Positions 10,401-25,400 of a stretch of DNA of 64,000 bases are shown here, one piece after another. This stretch comes from a virus. Lineage: Duplodnaviria; Caudoviricetes. The number at the start of each line of letters is the position of its first letter. Within the stretch, counting starts at the first letter, position 1. Both the position numbers and the translations under genes were made by a program. Under the pieces are notes generated by a model that searched no databases, was not told where the DNA came from, and saw only the letters and a program-made list of their open reading frames with translations. Location: IMG/VR virus record IMGVR_UViG_3300042554_001750; one strand, given 5' to 3'.

Positions 10401-13400
10401 TTCGTATATATCTACACGCAATGAATCTGTAATTGGACTGAATGGGAGTGCGTTGTTCAGAGTAATGATAGAATCAATCCAATTAACGGTATAATCAATA
10501 GTTTCATATAAGCGGGTAGACAATCCTGTTACTCCACTAGTTTGATATACACTTATTTGTGCGGGTGTTTGAGCAACATTATGGAATACATATTCAGTTT
10601 GAAGTTCAAATGAAGGAGTCAATTCTAACGATATTACATTAAATCCAACATGTTGATATTCTGTTGCTTCCCAAGTTGTGCCGGGCCGGGTAGCAACAGT
10701 CATCATTAATGTGTCCGTAACTACACCAGGTACTAGTTCTTCTGGTCCATAACCATCAGTAAATTCACCACCTTGAATATCGTAAGTTGATTCCAACTGA
10801 ATAATGATGGCATCGTCTACCCAAGTTACGCCGCCGTCATAACTAATTAGTGCTGTATTGTTTTCACCAACAACTAATATTCTTCCATTGGTTTCATCAA
10901 CTGCAATACCTTTTAAATTGTTAGTTGTATTAGAAACTTGAGTTGTCCATGTGGCAAAGTCAGTACTTGTTACGATAGTACCATTATTTCCAACTGCTAT
11001 TAAAGTTTCAAAAGTGGCTGTTCCAGTTCCCGATCCTGTGCCCAAAGCCACAAAGATTGTACCCGGGTTATTATTTGCAGCACCAAGTGAAATAAAGTCT
11101 GTAGTACCTGCGGTTTCAATAATATAAACTTGTCCAATGATAAAGTTACCAGCAGTAATAATAGAAGAAACAAATTTAACATCATTAAGTGTTTCTTCAT
11201 CTGCTACTGTAACTGTAGTCAAGAATACAGGAGATGCGGTAGTTAATGCTACAGTAGGTATTAATGATGAGGCAGAACTTAAAACAATTGTATTATCGCC
11301 CGTGTCAACTGACTTGACCCAATAATTTGTGCCAGTAGTTATACCACCAAAGCTAGAGCCGGTGAATTTTACTTTTTGTCCCACTGTAAATGTAGTTCCT
11401 GGAACAATTTGAACTTTGTTTGTAGTTCCATAAGAGTTTAAAACTACTGCTTCATTTAAACCATTCCAATTATTGCCATCAAATGATTTATAAATTATAC
11501 CATCTTCACCTACTGCAATAATGTTTCCAACACCAGTACTTGTGAAAGTGCCACTGGTAACTGCTCTTAATCCTTTATAATTTATAGGGTTAAACTGTGT
11601 CCAGTTAGAACCATTTAATGCAGCAATAAAAGTGCCTCTTGGATATATATTTCCGCCTATTTGTTGTTCTCCGGATCCTACTGCTATTAGTCCGTTGAAG
11701 CCTGAATTTATATTGACCCCTGTTAAACCATAAACAGTATAACTTAATGAGGGTAAATAATAAGGATTAATTGCTGACCAATTATTTGTATCCGAGCTAA
11801 TTAATATTGCGTTTGTACCGCCAGCTGCATAATAATTTTGACTGCCAGTATTATATACACCGATACTATTAATATTATAGTTTCCTGCAGTACCTTTTAC
11901 AGTCCAAATTTCTCCATCTGTGCTCTTAAATATTGGAGTTGCATAATTTGTAGATGTTACTAAATACTCGCCATCGTGATATAAACTATCTGTAAGATTT
12001 ACATTACTTCCAGCTAACTTAGTAGATATCCAACTATTTGCTTCTGTCGCAATTGCAGAGTAATCAGCGGTATTGAAAGTTACATAGAATTTATCTAAGC
12101 CATATACTGCACTGGTTGAATCTACATCAGTTTGTGTAAAACTGGTTGAAGGTAGTATAACATCTAATGAATATTGATCGTCCGGCGCAAACGCATTACC
12201 CAAATATGTACTGTTTGGGTAAGTAATACCAGTAACTAGCTGAGTTAAATCTAAGCCCGGCATGTTAACAGTAGGTTGATAGTAACCCATAATTCTGTCA
12301 AGCGCATTCAATCTACGGTCACCTGAGTCTAGTAGTTCCCATTTTCCTAAAACAAATTCAGTGTCATTGTTACTTACAACACAAACATATACTTGATTGT
12401 TGAACTTAACAATACTTTGATTGAAGTAGAAGGGTTCCGGAAGTAATGCATAATCTCCTGATTTAGCAACAGTCATGGATCCTGTTGCATCAGCAGAAAC
12501 ATTAAATGTAGTGCCTCCTGGGATCTCTGATACTGTAATTGTAGTAGATGTTGGCTTTGACTTGATATAATAAGTCTGCCCTAAAGTTACTCCACCAAAT
12601 ACAGTGCCGGTAAATACTACAGGGTCATTCAAGTCAAAATCACTAGAACTGGTTACAGTAAATCTATCAGTTGACGCTGTACATGCAGTAACCCCAGTAG
12701 AAGTTATACCATTGTATCCAAATCCTATGCCACTAACTGGAATAGTCATCAATGAGTTAGAGTAAACTTCTAATTCATTTTCACTAATTACCTTTAAGTA
12801 GTAGTCTGATGATGTTGCTGGAATTGTTCCATTTACAATAAATGATGTGACTTCTCCGTTTGCATCAATGCTATTTACAATTAAGTTTACATCATTAGCA
12901 GGAGTTGTTCCACCAAAGTTTGTACCGGGTATGTTGATAGTATTTTCTAATGCATAACCTTCGCCCGCATTGATGATAGTAACTTTATATCCACCTAATA
13001 TCCAGCTTATGTCATAAGTAGCTGAAGTGGTTATTTCTTGTGTCAATGTTACTGTTGCTGTTGCTGTTGCACTAGATAATGATACTTCGGCACCACCAGC
13101 TGAGGTACTTACTGTAATGTATGGTTCTCCAGTACCGGTCATTGAGCCATTCTGAGTAGTCAATGTTACTACAACGCCGCCAGGAAAATCAGTAATTTTG
13201 AAGTGCGTGCTATCTATGATAGATTCAACATAATAAGTTTGATCTATCTGTATTCCACCTAATCCAAATCCAGAGAATGTGATAGGCATATCTACATACA
13301 AGGATTCGGTAGTGTCACATGTTATTTCATTTGTAGATGAACTAGTGCTTGTAGCTGCGATTGATATTACACCAGTGTCTAAAACATAGTATGTTGTACC

Positions 13401-16400
13401 GGTGGTTAATCCGCCTATGTTTGTGTCTATTGTAAATGGCATGTTTACATAAACATTAGTTAATCCGCCGCTACTAGTAGATAACGCTACTCTATTAACA
13501 GTAGTAATAGTCGCACTAATACTTCTTTCAATTAAGTCGTTAGTTGTCTCGCCGGTAAATGGTCCTGAGAATATACCACTAGTTGGGTAAAGAGTGAACT
13601 TTTGACCATTGATTTGCCCTGGACTTACTGGTAGATTGACATTTATTGTCATGTTACCGGTTAAAGTTTCAGTAATTTGTAACACATCTACTTGACTAGT
13701 CAATGTCGCACTTGATGAAGCAGACGCTGTACTTAGTGACAAGATTGCCCCATTAACTTGTGTAGAGATTTGTATTTGATCTAAACCCAATACAGTAGCA
13801 ACATAGTATACAGTACCTGCAACAATGCCACCGACCGATTCGTTGAAAATTATTGGATTGTTAACCTGTAGTTTTGTTGTTTCTTCAGCTAATAAAACAA
13901 TATTTGGACTTTGAGTTCCCTGTACTGATACAATTAACGGGTCAGGATTTCTTGAAACAGTAAATGTTTGTTTGTCACATACCGAAGTAATGTAATATAC
14001 ATCATTTTCTATTACGCCACTGAACACATCACCGGTAAAGAATACTGGTAAACCAGTATAGAATCCTATTGTTCCGCCTGTGCCCAATAATGACAATGGT
14101 GCAGTAATAGTATTGGTTGTTTTATTTGTTGCTGTGCAACTGTAAATTCCGGGATAGTTGATAGTTAAGACAGCAGTATTAACTACTTCTCCTACAAAAC
14201 AATTTAATCCGGCAGCAGAGATAGTTTGATTTCCTAAAGTGTTGTTAATCTTAAACTCTGTAGAACTTACAATTTCTGTAACATAATAAACTTCACCATA
14301 AACTATATTGCTAGCTCCGACTGCCCCGATAAATTTAACAGGCATTCCAATATAGAAACCAATTGTAGTACCTGAGGCGGTATCGCCGATTCCGCCACCT
14401 AGAGGCGCTAAGTCAATAATGTCAGTTCCAGCATGAGTAGCTACAACATTTCTAGCGAGGCTTGAGAATGTAACTTGTTGGTCATTTGTTACGTTTACAA
14501 TTTCAAATGCTACACCTTGCCCGCTAGCTAAAATGCTTTCAATTGGTGGTTGAGTGCTTTGCAATAGTATAGAAGAACTTGAAACAGATTCACTATTATT
14601 ATACTGACCTGCGTAGTATGCACCATAGAAATTGCCAGCTTGCCAATCTATAATCTGCGAATCGTAAGTTGTTCTATCAAACCTCAATGTGATATTATTT
14701 TCACGAACTGGTGAGCTTGTGCCAATAGTATATGCTCTTGCACCTAAGTTTAGATTTTGGTTATTACCTGTTCCAATACCATGTAGAGGTACTCGGTCAT
14801 GATCATTAATAGCATTAGCATAGTTGTTATAAAATGCTATAATAACAGTTGGGTTATTTTCTAAAACATTAACATAATACCATTGGTTGTTGACTAATCC
14901 CGGTATGCGGGTGCTATCAGCTCCGACTACATACTGAACCAGATCTCCTGTTTGTAGTAGAGGTGCATATAATCTAACTGAATCAGTGCTTATGATAACA
15001 TCATCACTAGAGAATGTAATTACAGTTGCAGGCTCAATAATTATTTGAGGGGTTGCTGCATAACCACTGCCTGAATTAATTACATCAATTCTAAGCACTG
15101 AGTCCAATGCCATAACTGCTTGCAATTGCGCAGGAATTACTGGGCCGCTGTACTGAGTAAATAGTACCTCTGTTGTTAATTCTTGCGCTACATTTATTTG
15201 GTATGTGTTAGTTGTTAATTGTGAAACAATTATAGTTTGAGGTATTATGCCTGGTGCGTCTAAGTAATCACCTACATTTACTTGTCCATTGACAATGGTT
15301 GTAATTGTTAATGTGCTTCCTGTTATAGATCCATAATATTCGGCAGTTTTAGTAATCTGCGGATCAACATAAGCTGTAATTTTTGGCGGATTCACATATC
15401 CTCGTCCTGCATCAACTACCACTACAGGAGGCAAATCCATAAATATTTCTTCACCGGGCAAATGTGCAGTAACAGTAGTTTCATTAACGCCGCGTGTTAG
15501 TCCAAGTAAGCTTCCTGTTGCAGAGTCAACACTAGAATAACCGATTTCTTCATTTCCAATTTTTATAACACCATTAATAGGGAAACCATATGCATTGTTC
15601 ACAGTTAAAGAAGTTGAATTCAATGTAACATAGGAAGTTAAACGGGACATTGGATAATTTAATTGTCCAAACAATTGTGTTGAATCACCTTGTTGAACAG
15701 CTTGACCAATTTTAACGCCATAGTTTTGTTTCCATTGCGTATAGTTCGGATTGCTCCAAATACTATTATCAGGAGTAAACTGGTTATCAGTATTTGGATT
15801 TATATACACTAATTCAGGTGTAATAAATTCTCGGCTTGTTGAACTATATTGAGCTGGTAAATCAAAGTCAGTTACATCACCCTCAAATGTGTCAGATCCA
15901 GTATATTCAAATAAGAATTCTTTAATTACCACATGATATGGTTTAACTTCATTTAAGTAGCCTGACAAGAAATCTTGATTGTCACTTTGGAATACTTCAA
16001 TAGGTCTTAATTCACGAATCTTATGTGCAACATCAACAAATGATGTTTTATTCAACCAAGGTAAATAATTTTGATTTTCTATAGTTTCACTTTGAATGTA
16101 TTCAAACAACAGTATTAATGACCTATTTCTATAAATTAATAGTTCATTAGTGTAGATTTGCTCATTCAACGCACGAATAATAAAGCGTGTTTCTTCACTT
16201 GGATACTCATCATAAGGGGTCGTGTCATAGAAATTATCACCAAAACCCAATCTAGCAGATGCATAATCCCATAATGCAGAATTAAATTTAATAGTACCAT
16301 TCTGCAAACCAATTCTTGTCCAACCGGTTACATCTTTGATGTATGTTTCGCTGAAACCACGTGAATTCTGTTTTACAGTAACGATGGTGCCGTTAGGTAC

Positions 16401-19400
16401 AGATAATGTAGACAAGTCTGAGTACAATGGAACTTGTAGTGCAGACTTTGTACTGTCACTATATCCATCTGCCCACCAGTTTGTGAATTCCCAATATCTG
16501 CCATCGCTTACATCATACTTTTCACCTTCTTCAAATAAGACTACAGTAGGATCATTTGGATCATAAATTGTAGGATTCTTTTCATTTAAGAAAGTTATGT
16601 TTTCTCTAATCTCAGCTATCGGGAATTGCGAAAGAATTTCATTTGCATATAGCAAATAATTCTTAAGTGCCATAAAACGGTTTAAGAAGAAACTCTGTCT
16701 AGGACGAGCCAAGATACCTGTTTGAACTGCCTTTGGTAAGTATGGATTAGGAACCACTTGACCGGTTTCGTCAACACCAGATAAGCTGTCTAGCAATCTG
16801 TCATATAAACCTTGAGGATTAACACTAAAATTATAATCGCTGTTTACACTTTGATTGCTTAAGTTAGTAGGTATACCTGGCAAGAAATCATCAGCATAAT
16901 TTGCTCTGATCAAGCTAAACTGATTATGTGCCACATCCTGATTTGTTCCTGTAGCAAATCCAATATGGAACACGCTGTCATTAGCGTTTAGATATTCTTG
17001 GATGTTATACAAGCCAAATGCATTTGGTAACAATGGAACAAAATAGCTGATGCCTGAATCTTCAGGATTAGCAATATAAGACTCTATCACAGAATCTGCT
17101 AAACTCTTTCCAGCTAGTGTATAAACAGTGTTTGTATTTCTGACCCAGTAATAATATGTAGGTATTAAATTGCCCGCATCGTTGAGATTGTAATTAATTA
17201 CAAATTGAGTTATATCAAATGGGGTTCCGGGTCCTGCATAATCTACTGGTAGTTGTGTGCTTTCAACCCAAGTAAACGCTTGAACTGTGCTACCAGGGAA
17301 TAATGTGCCCCAATATTGGCTATTATATACTGCATCATCTTGATGGTAGTTAACGAATCTTAATGTTGAAGTGTTAAGCCAAATCTGTCCAACTTGTACT
17401 GGTCCCCATGTGATGCTAGTTTCTATATTACCCTGATTGTTGTATCTTGCAGGATCATTGTTAGAAACAAAATCAATATTCTGTCTAACAGCACCTAATA
17501 TTTTGCCCTGCAATGGGTCAATGTAATCTAGGTTTACTAAAGTTTCATTAGTTTGGGCGCTGTAAATTTGTGCGTTGTTAATTTTATCAATATCTACTAC
17601 AGCACTTGAACTTCTGTAAACACTCCAATCTTGTTTACCTGTGATGTTGTTATAACCTATGACTTGACCATTATCAAATCCAGGTCTGAATGTTGGGGTG
17701 CCGATTGCAACGGTGTTATCATTGAAATCTAAAGCATGACCGTATAATGGTTGTGCACCAAAATCTAAGTTTCTTGCATTTACGCTTTGAGCATATACAT
17801 ACTTACCTGTATTATTAATACTTTCAGCATAGACAGGCAAATAGTCAAACATGTAGACGGCGCCAGCATTGTCAAATTCTTCTATGAATTGAGTTGTGTT
17901 ATTGTCAAATATGGTATCATTATCAAAGTAATTGTCATCAGAGAAATCAAATGTTGTTTCACTGAATCTAGATCCAGTTGGTGCGCTTGCAACAAAAGAG
18001 CCATTAGATCCAAACTTAACAGTTGATCCAAACTGAGTGGGACCTTCTGTATGTGGGCACTGTATAACTTGTGTTTCTGTAAATAGTGTAATCCCCAACT
18101 CAGCTAGAACTGTATTGTTCATTACACCAAGAGTTAACTGTTGATTGGGCACTGATAAATCGTTATTAATCAATCCGATTATCAGTCTATTATCAGGAGT
18201 TGCTGTTGCAGTAACATTTGTGATATTAGTTTGATTAATGGTACTTGCTACACTAGATGCATTTCCGGGTGTTAATTTAACCAGATATCCGTTGATTAAT
18301 ATATTTGAATTTGTTGTTAATGCTACCGGGTCTGTTCCTATGATGTAACCATAGTTTGATCCACTGTTGGTAAATCTATAAACTGCACCTTCTTGTAATT
18401 GTGTGTTTAGTTGGAACGGAGCTCCAATAATAATTTCATTACCTTTTGTTGCAATATCCAAACTGTGTCCAAATTCTACACCTATTAATGGGGTAGTATC
18501 TGTGCTGAATCTTTGTGTATTAACAAACAATTGACCACTGACTGTAATAATATCACCCGCAGTCAATGATCCATAGTAGTATAAAGTATTATTAATAATT
18601 GCATATTGATTGTCATCAATTAAAGTATTATTAACACTTAAGTATATAGGAGTATTTTGTACGCTTACTGTTGCGTTTACTGAACCTTGTGTTGTAACAG
18701 TAAATGCAGAAAGACTTGCCCTAGATGTTTTGATAGTTATGTCATTGCCAGACTTGCTTGCAATGTAATACACTTGATTAGGACTGATTAAAGTATTTTG
18801 CAGTCCTGCTCCCAAGAATACAATTGGATCGTCAACATTTAATGAGGCTGCACTGGTTGTCAATGTTAGAGTACTTGGTGCAGTTGTAGAAGCCAAAACT
18901 TTACTGACAGTTGTAGGGGTATATGCTAATTCAAATGATTGCGGTATGTCGGGTTGACTGTTATTCTGTACTTCAATTTTTTGAACTATACGGTTGAATG
19001 CATATGCGTAACCATAGTCATCAATAGTTACGCTGTAACTTACATTAGGAGCACTAATAACAATATTTTCGCCAGTGTAATCAGTTGCAATAGCATATCC
19101 AAAGTTGTCGCCAGCAACCAAACCAGATACTGTTACTGTTGTTGCAAATTCATATTCATCAGTAAGTTGTGACTTTCTATATACATGTACCAAATTTGGA
19201 GATACTGTATTGTCAAAGTCACTAATAAAGATCCAATTTTTATCACCTGAAATTGCAACTGCTTGGCCCCAGTTAACTGAATTAGCAGGAGCACTAATAG
19301 GTGTTTGGTATACTACTAAGTCATCAGATGATATAGTTTGATCTAGTCTATAGATGTGTACTTCCTTAGAACCAGTTGGCTCACTTATTACAAAAATATC

Positions 19401-22400
19401 ATCAGCATATTCAATTGTAGTACCAAATGATGTGCCATGGGTGATAGTTTGTATTAATTGCCAATCTTGTAATAATTCATTATAAGTATAACGGTAAACA
19501 GCACCTTCGGCTTCATCTCCGATTAAATATCCTAAATTGGTAGAATACGCAACTGCACTACCGAACGCTTGACCAGTAGGTCTTGTAAATTGCTTTTGAT
19601 AAGTGTAATTAAGGTCTTTTCTAAATACAGCCCAAGAACCATTATTATTTGTATCTACCCAAACTTTATTTTTTTCAAATTCAGTGTTCAGTAATGGTAG
19701 ATTGATAATATCTGCAGGGGTTGCAACTCTTTGTTGCTGAAACTTAAATCCTACACCTTGTCCTGTCAATGTTATAATTGAAGGATCCATTTGTAAATTA
19801 ATAATAATTCTGTATGGATCTACTATAAGAGCAGCGATGTAGTACCCATTAACGGCTGTGTCAAAATTTAATATCGCTAATGGATCGTATTGTGTTAAGT
19901 TATGTTGTTCTTTAAATGTAATTGTTACAGTGCCATTTAGATTATTCAATGCACCAATTACTTGCCCCATGCTTACTGGAGAATAAACATTCCATGTTCC
20001 TAAATAATTTGCAATCCAAACATAATCGCCAACATAGAATCTGTCTAGTGGAACTATCAATCCATTTTTATCAACGGCCGCTGCAATCTGTGACAGATAG
20101 AATGATGACATTTTTACATCATTTAAGTTCACATAACCGGCATCAGGGAATAATGTTGAAGGCTCTTCACTTGGGACAGTAGCTAGAATATTAGGATCAG
20201 TTATTGGTCTATCATAATTATACAGACTGCTTAACGGAACTTCTTGTTGTGAACCTTCTGTATTTGATCCATCAGTTAGTGAAACAATGCTTGGATTTCC
20301 AACAAGACTGTTTTGATTAAGTTTAAAATCTACAAAGTTAGAGTTTAATACTCCACCAAATTCTCCAGACTTAATAGCCCAGTTTTCATAGACTTCATAA
20401 TCAATTCCACCTTGCGGTAAATTAGCTCCCCTAAAGGCACTAACAGCATTAAGTGTACCTTTATTCTTAATCATGTTTTTGTAAACATTGACTTGAGTAA
20501 TGTCAGTCAAGTCTGCAAGTGCAAGGTAATCACGAGGACGATAGCCAATCAAACTAAAACTTAACAGGTCTGCATCTTTTTCTAGATTAGCCCTATCTAC
20601 ATCATAATACAATGTGCTCTCATAACTGCGAGTGCTAGAATTAGATAATAATCCTTTTTGAATTTCACCGTACTCAGTTAATTTCCAATCTAGTTCGTTA
20701 AAAATATTATTAGGTTGAACGACCTTTAAAGCAGTCCAATACTTGTTTTTGTATTTTACAATGCTGCCCTTAGTGTACTTAAATTCTTTACTCCACTCGG
20801 TTATATTGTCTTGATTTAAAATGAAACCGCTAGTGGTTACGGTACCATTCCACTCGGCTGTCTTAGTACCACGACATGTAATTCTTAATTGTCTTAATCC
20901 AGTAATTAGGTTATAAATTACATCATCAAATAATGTTATATTGTCAAATACAATTCCATGTTCAATATTGTTAATATTGAATTGACCATATGCAAGTGTA
21001 TCTCCTGTGTTCTGCGGGACAACATTAAACAATGTTTGGTCTCTTACGATACTCAAGTCTTTAGTTTGTATTGGATATAAATTTTCATTTAAAATGAAAT
21101 TAGATTGTTGGAAAGTCAGTGGCTGAACTACATAACCGTCTTTATTAATTGTTAAACTCTTTGCAGCAGGATTTACTGTAACAATACTGCCTTGTTCCCA
21201 ACCAGTTTGTGCCCAGTATAAGAACTCGGCAACCATTTGTTTCCAATTAACTTCTAAACCGTTTTCAACTTCTTCAAACACCATACCATTGGCTTCTAAA
21301 TAGAAACCATAGTTTATTAAGAACTGTGATACTTCTTGAATAGTATAAAATATAGTGCCGTATGGTACTATAACTTCAGTTTCTGAAGGTTTTGTATATA
21401 CAGTTACTGAGGTGCTTTCTACATTAATAATTTCAGAGTCTACATTTATTCTTGGTGCTAATGTAGTGAAGTATGCCTGTGTCTGAGAATTACCATATAC
21501 GGCATAACCCTCTGGTACTATCTGAATAATAATACCGCTGTAAATTAATTTTGTAAACGGTTGATTTTCATATAGTAATAAAGAATAACTTTCATCAGGT
21601 ATTAACAATGAGGCGTTGCGTGAGTTAGGTGTTCCCTTTTCAACATAGAATTTCAAGAAGGTCTTATCACTAAAGCCCGCCATTCTGTACACTAGACGGA
21701 CATCCAAATTCTGTAGTAATTCTGTAACTTTGGTTGTAGCATCAATACCGATTTGCTTTTGATAATCAACAATCCAGTTAATGTATGATGTTTTGGCAAT
21801 ACCATTGCCATAAATTTGAATATCTGATATAACTAAATGGCTTCTATCGTTTACAAGATATTGATTGAATTCGTAATTATACTTGTAGTTGTCAATGTCG
21901 GCAGCTAAGTTAAAGAACTTAGCAGGCTTCATCAATGCTAAAATTCGCATTAAATCAAATGGATATGAACTGCTTCTACGGTAGCTCAACTCAACAGGAG
22001 AATCATCGCCGACTTTCCAATCTCTTTGGAAAAGATTAGGATTATAATTGCCTACAACAGATGCAAAGGGAGATAGTAAATTACCAGCACTATTAACTGG
22101 AAGCACTTCTAGTAATCCAGGTCTAATAGCTTGTTCTATAACTACTGGGTTACCGTTGTTATAGTCAATACCATTTTCTAAATCTTCCCACAACACCAAG
22201 TTGTCACTAGTATATGGTGCAGGACCATATCTATCTTCCCACCATGCTGGCTTGTTTGTGTAACCAATCATTTCCCATGGCGTTAAATTGGGAGTTGTAG
22301 TATCATAAAAATATTGGTATATACCTCTCCAATACCCTTGTTCTATGGGCTGTCCATTTAACTTGTTACCACTGTCGGTATAGTTATATGTATATTGGTC

Positions 22401-25400
22401 AAACTTATTATAAACCTGCCTCTTATAATTCAAGCGGTTTTCACCAACCCAAGCTAAGAAATTGGTTGTGTAAATTTGCAACCATTCGTCATAAGAATAG
22501 TCTGTTGTTCTAAAGAATCCAGGTGTTACTTCATATTCTTTAATTGGAATTACATTACTTAATTTTAAGTTATTGTAAACTCGTTTTTCAAATTCAAATA
22601 ATGCTTGATCGCGGAAATCAACAAGAATCCCAGTTTGTGGATCATAATCACCATATAACTTAGTATATGAACCATCGTGACCCTTTATAAAATATGTTGG
22701 GGTGCTATAATCACTATCTAAAACAATTTCAGGAATAGAAGCAGGATACATTCCTAACTTAGTGGGAGTATTTGGTACATATGATCCATATGTCTGATTA
22801 TATTCTTTAACTGTAATAATGTCGTTTGGTAACAAATCATAGGTTACAGTTAGTGAGGGGCTATCAACACTAACCGTGTAATCCTGGTTTATGATTAATT
22901 GTTGTGTGGTTGTAATATTGTTAATGGTTCTAGTTAGATACACCAATATTCCACTATAATTTGCTGAACTAAAATCATAAATTTTAGTTAATGGATATCT
23001 AGAAATATCAAGACTATTTGCGAATGAATAAACATTAGTAACAAATGCAGCCTTGCTAGGAATCATATCAGACCAGAAGAACGACTGATTATCAGTTTTA
23101 CTTGCTGTCATTTGATCCAACGCATCATCTAAAATAAATGATGGATCAAATTGTTGAGAATAATCTGTATTATTAATAGTATCTACTAATAGAGTTTTAA
23201 ACTTAATATATTCTTTACTGTTAAATGATAACGCATTGAAAATATTTGTGTTAGGATCTCTTAAGAATGCGCCAGGTAATACTAGACTTGCACTATTCTG
23301 AATAATTCTATTGCCCCATGGTACTAGATTACCTGAATCACGATAATTGTTTGATCCAAAAATTTGACCTGTCAAATTAGGATTGTTATAAAAAATACTT
23401 TGATATTGACCTCTTATATCACCTAAGTTAGCAACTGTTATATCCTGATTTAATGGGTTGTTGTTTAAGTTAATTGGAATTGTGAAGTAAGCATTCTCAC
23501 TTACTTGTGAACTTAATACTGCAATTTGAATAACTGTATCTTCAACTGGTGCAGAATCAAGAGTTACCACCGTACTTGTGTCTAAACTAGTTACAGAATA
23601 TGCTGATGTTTCTAATAATGTGTTATTATTGAAAACTTGTATGATTGGCCATTCAGTCTGTGTGTCGGGAATTAATCCAACATCAACTGTAAATACTGGG
23701 TCTGAACCAAGTGTGTAATTAAAACTAAACAATTGATACTGAACACTTGGGCTTACCGCAGTTTGCCATCCTAGTAATCTTTCTAGTGTTCCAAAATAAT
23801 TGTAATTGTAAACATAACCCTTGTTCACTTGTTCAGTAATAGGTGTTGATCCACTTACATAATTAAATATGTCAGAGTTAAAAGTAACATCAAAGCTAAT
23901 ATCACCGATGTTGTTAATTGATGAGTACTTTAAAGGAAAGCCTAAAACATTATCGTCTAACCCTGATCCGATACCATACTGAAATAAGGTTGATCCACTG
24001 AAATCAGTTCCGGTATATACTGTGCTATCGCTAAAACTAATTCCATTATTATCAAAAATATCAAATAATGGTGCTTGATTTACTGTTACCTTTTCCTGTC
24101 CCTTTATCCATTCAATACCGTCATACCAAAATTCTAAGCCTAAATAATTATAACCTCTGTATGCAACTGTTTGTTGATCAGGTAAAACAAGTCCGTCATC
24201 GGCTTCAGTCAAAGTAATTACTGGAACACTAGAGCCAGTTATAGATGAGAATCTTACAACATAGATTTTGTTGCGAACATTTTCATCTGTATCTGCTGCA
24301 AAAATAATTCTAGCACCATCAAAAACTGCATAGCTGTTTACACCTTCAGGTACTGCAATTATAGATGCCACTGATGTACCATTGAAGTACGCAGATTGAT
24401 CTTCACCCCAAGATACAACAAGAGTTTTTGTTGATGTACCTGTAACAGATTCAATGATAGTATTAGGTGGTAATAAATTAGTAGAATCAGCAACATACTG
24501 ACCAACGGTGAATGTCCCCACACCCACAAACTCATTGTTACCGATATCAGCAGTAGTTACTTGAATGGTTGTGCTTTGTGGATACCATTTAGCTGTGCAG
24601 ACACTAGCAGCCGTAGTTAAGTTAATAACAGCACCATTTTTAGAAAGGCTAACTTTAATTGTAGTACCATCTACAACTTCTGCAACATAATAATTTGTGT
24701 TATATGTTAGACCACCGATACTAAATGGTGGATCTAAAATAATTATATCATTTACTCTGAAACCGGTTGTACTATTGATTGTTACTGTATCTGAAGGACC
24801 ATCGGTATTAGTGATGGTTCTATTCTGAGTATAATTTGTACTTGCAATGACTGATGTGTAATCTGTATATACAGCAACATCAGGATAATAACTTTCTTGA
24901 CCGGCTACATATGTAAACGCATCTGAAGTTCTAAAATCTACAAAGTCTACTGGATTTTTTCCACTAGAACCTTGATTGAATAATTTTAAGTTTGGATAAA
25001 ACTCAATGATAGGTCTCTTAGCCTTTGCAGCCGCAGTTGCATAGATGGCTACAGATTCTGGGTCATTATTGTATTGCGCTGTTGCATTTATAACATCAAT
25101 ATGGAACCAACGATTGCTTCGTGACCATGCATTTTTATTAACAGAATTTCTAGCTATAGTAATATAATCAGGACTTACTGGAATAAAACTGTCGCCATCA
25201 AAATTACCAAAATCATATGGTGTAGTATCATATGGTATTAAAACACTTTCAGTAAATGCTTCCGGTACTACAAGGGTATCTACGGGAATAAGTTCAATAT
25301 GTGATCCTACTCCTTCTACATAATATTCACCTGACAGGTAACTAGTTGGTACTACATCTCCCTGGAATGAGACCTTCAATCCATTTGTAAATACTATCCC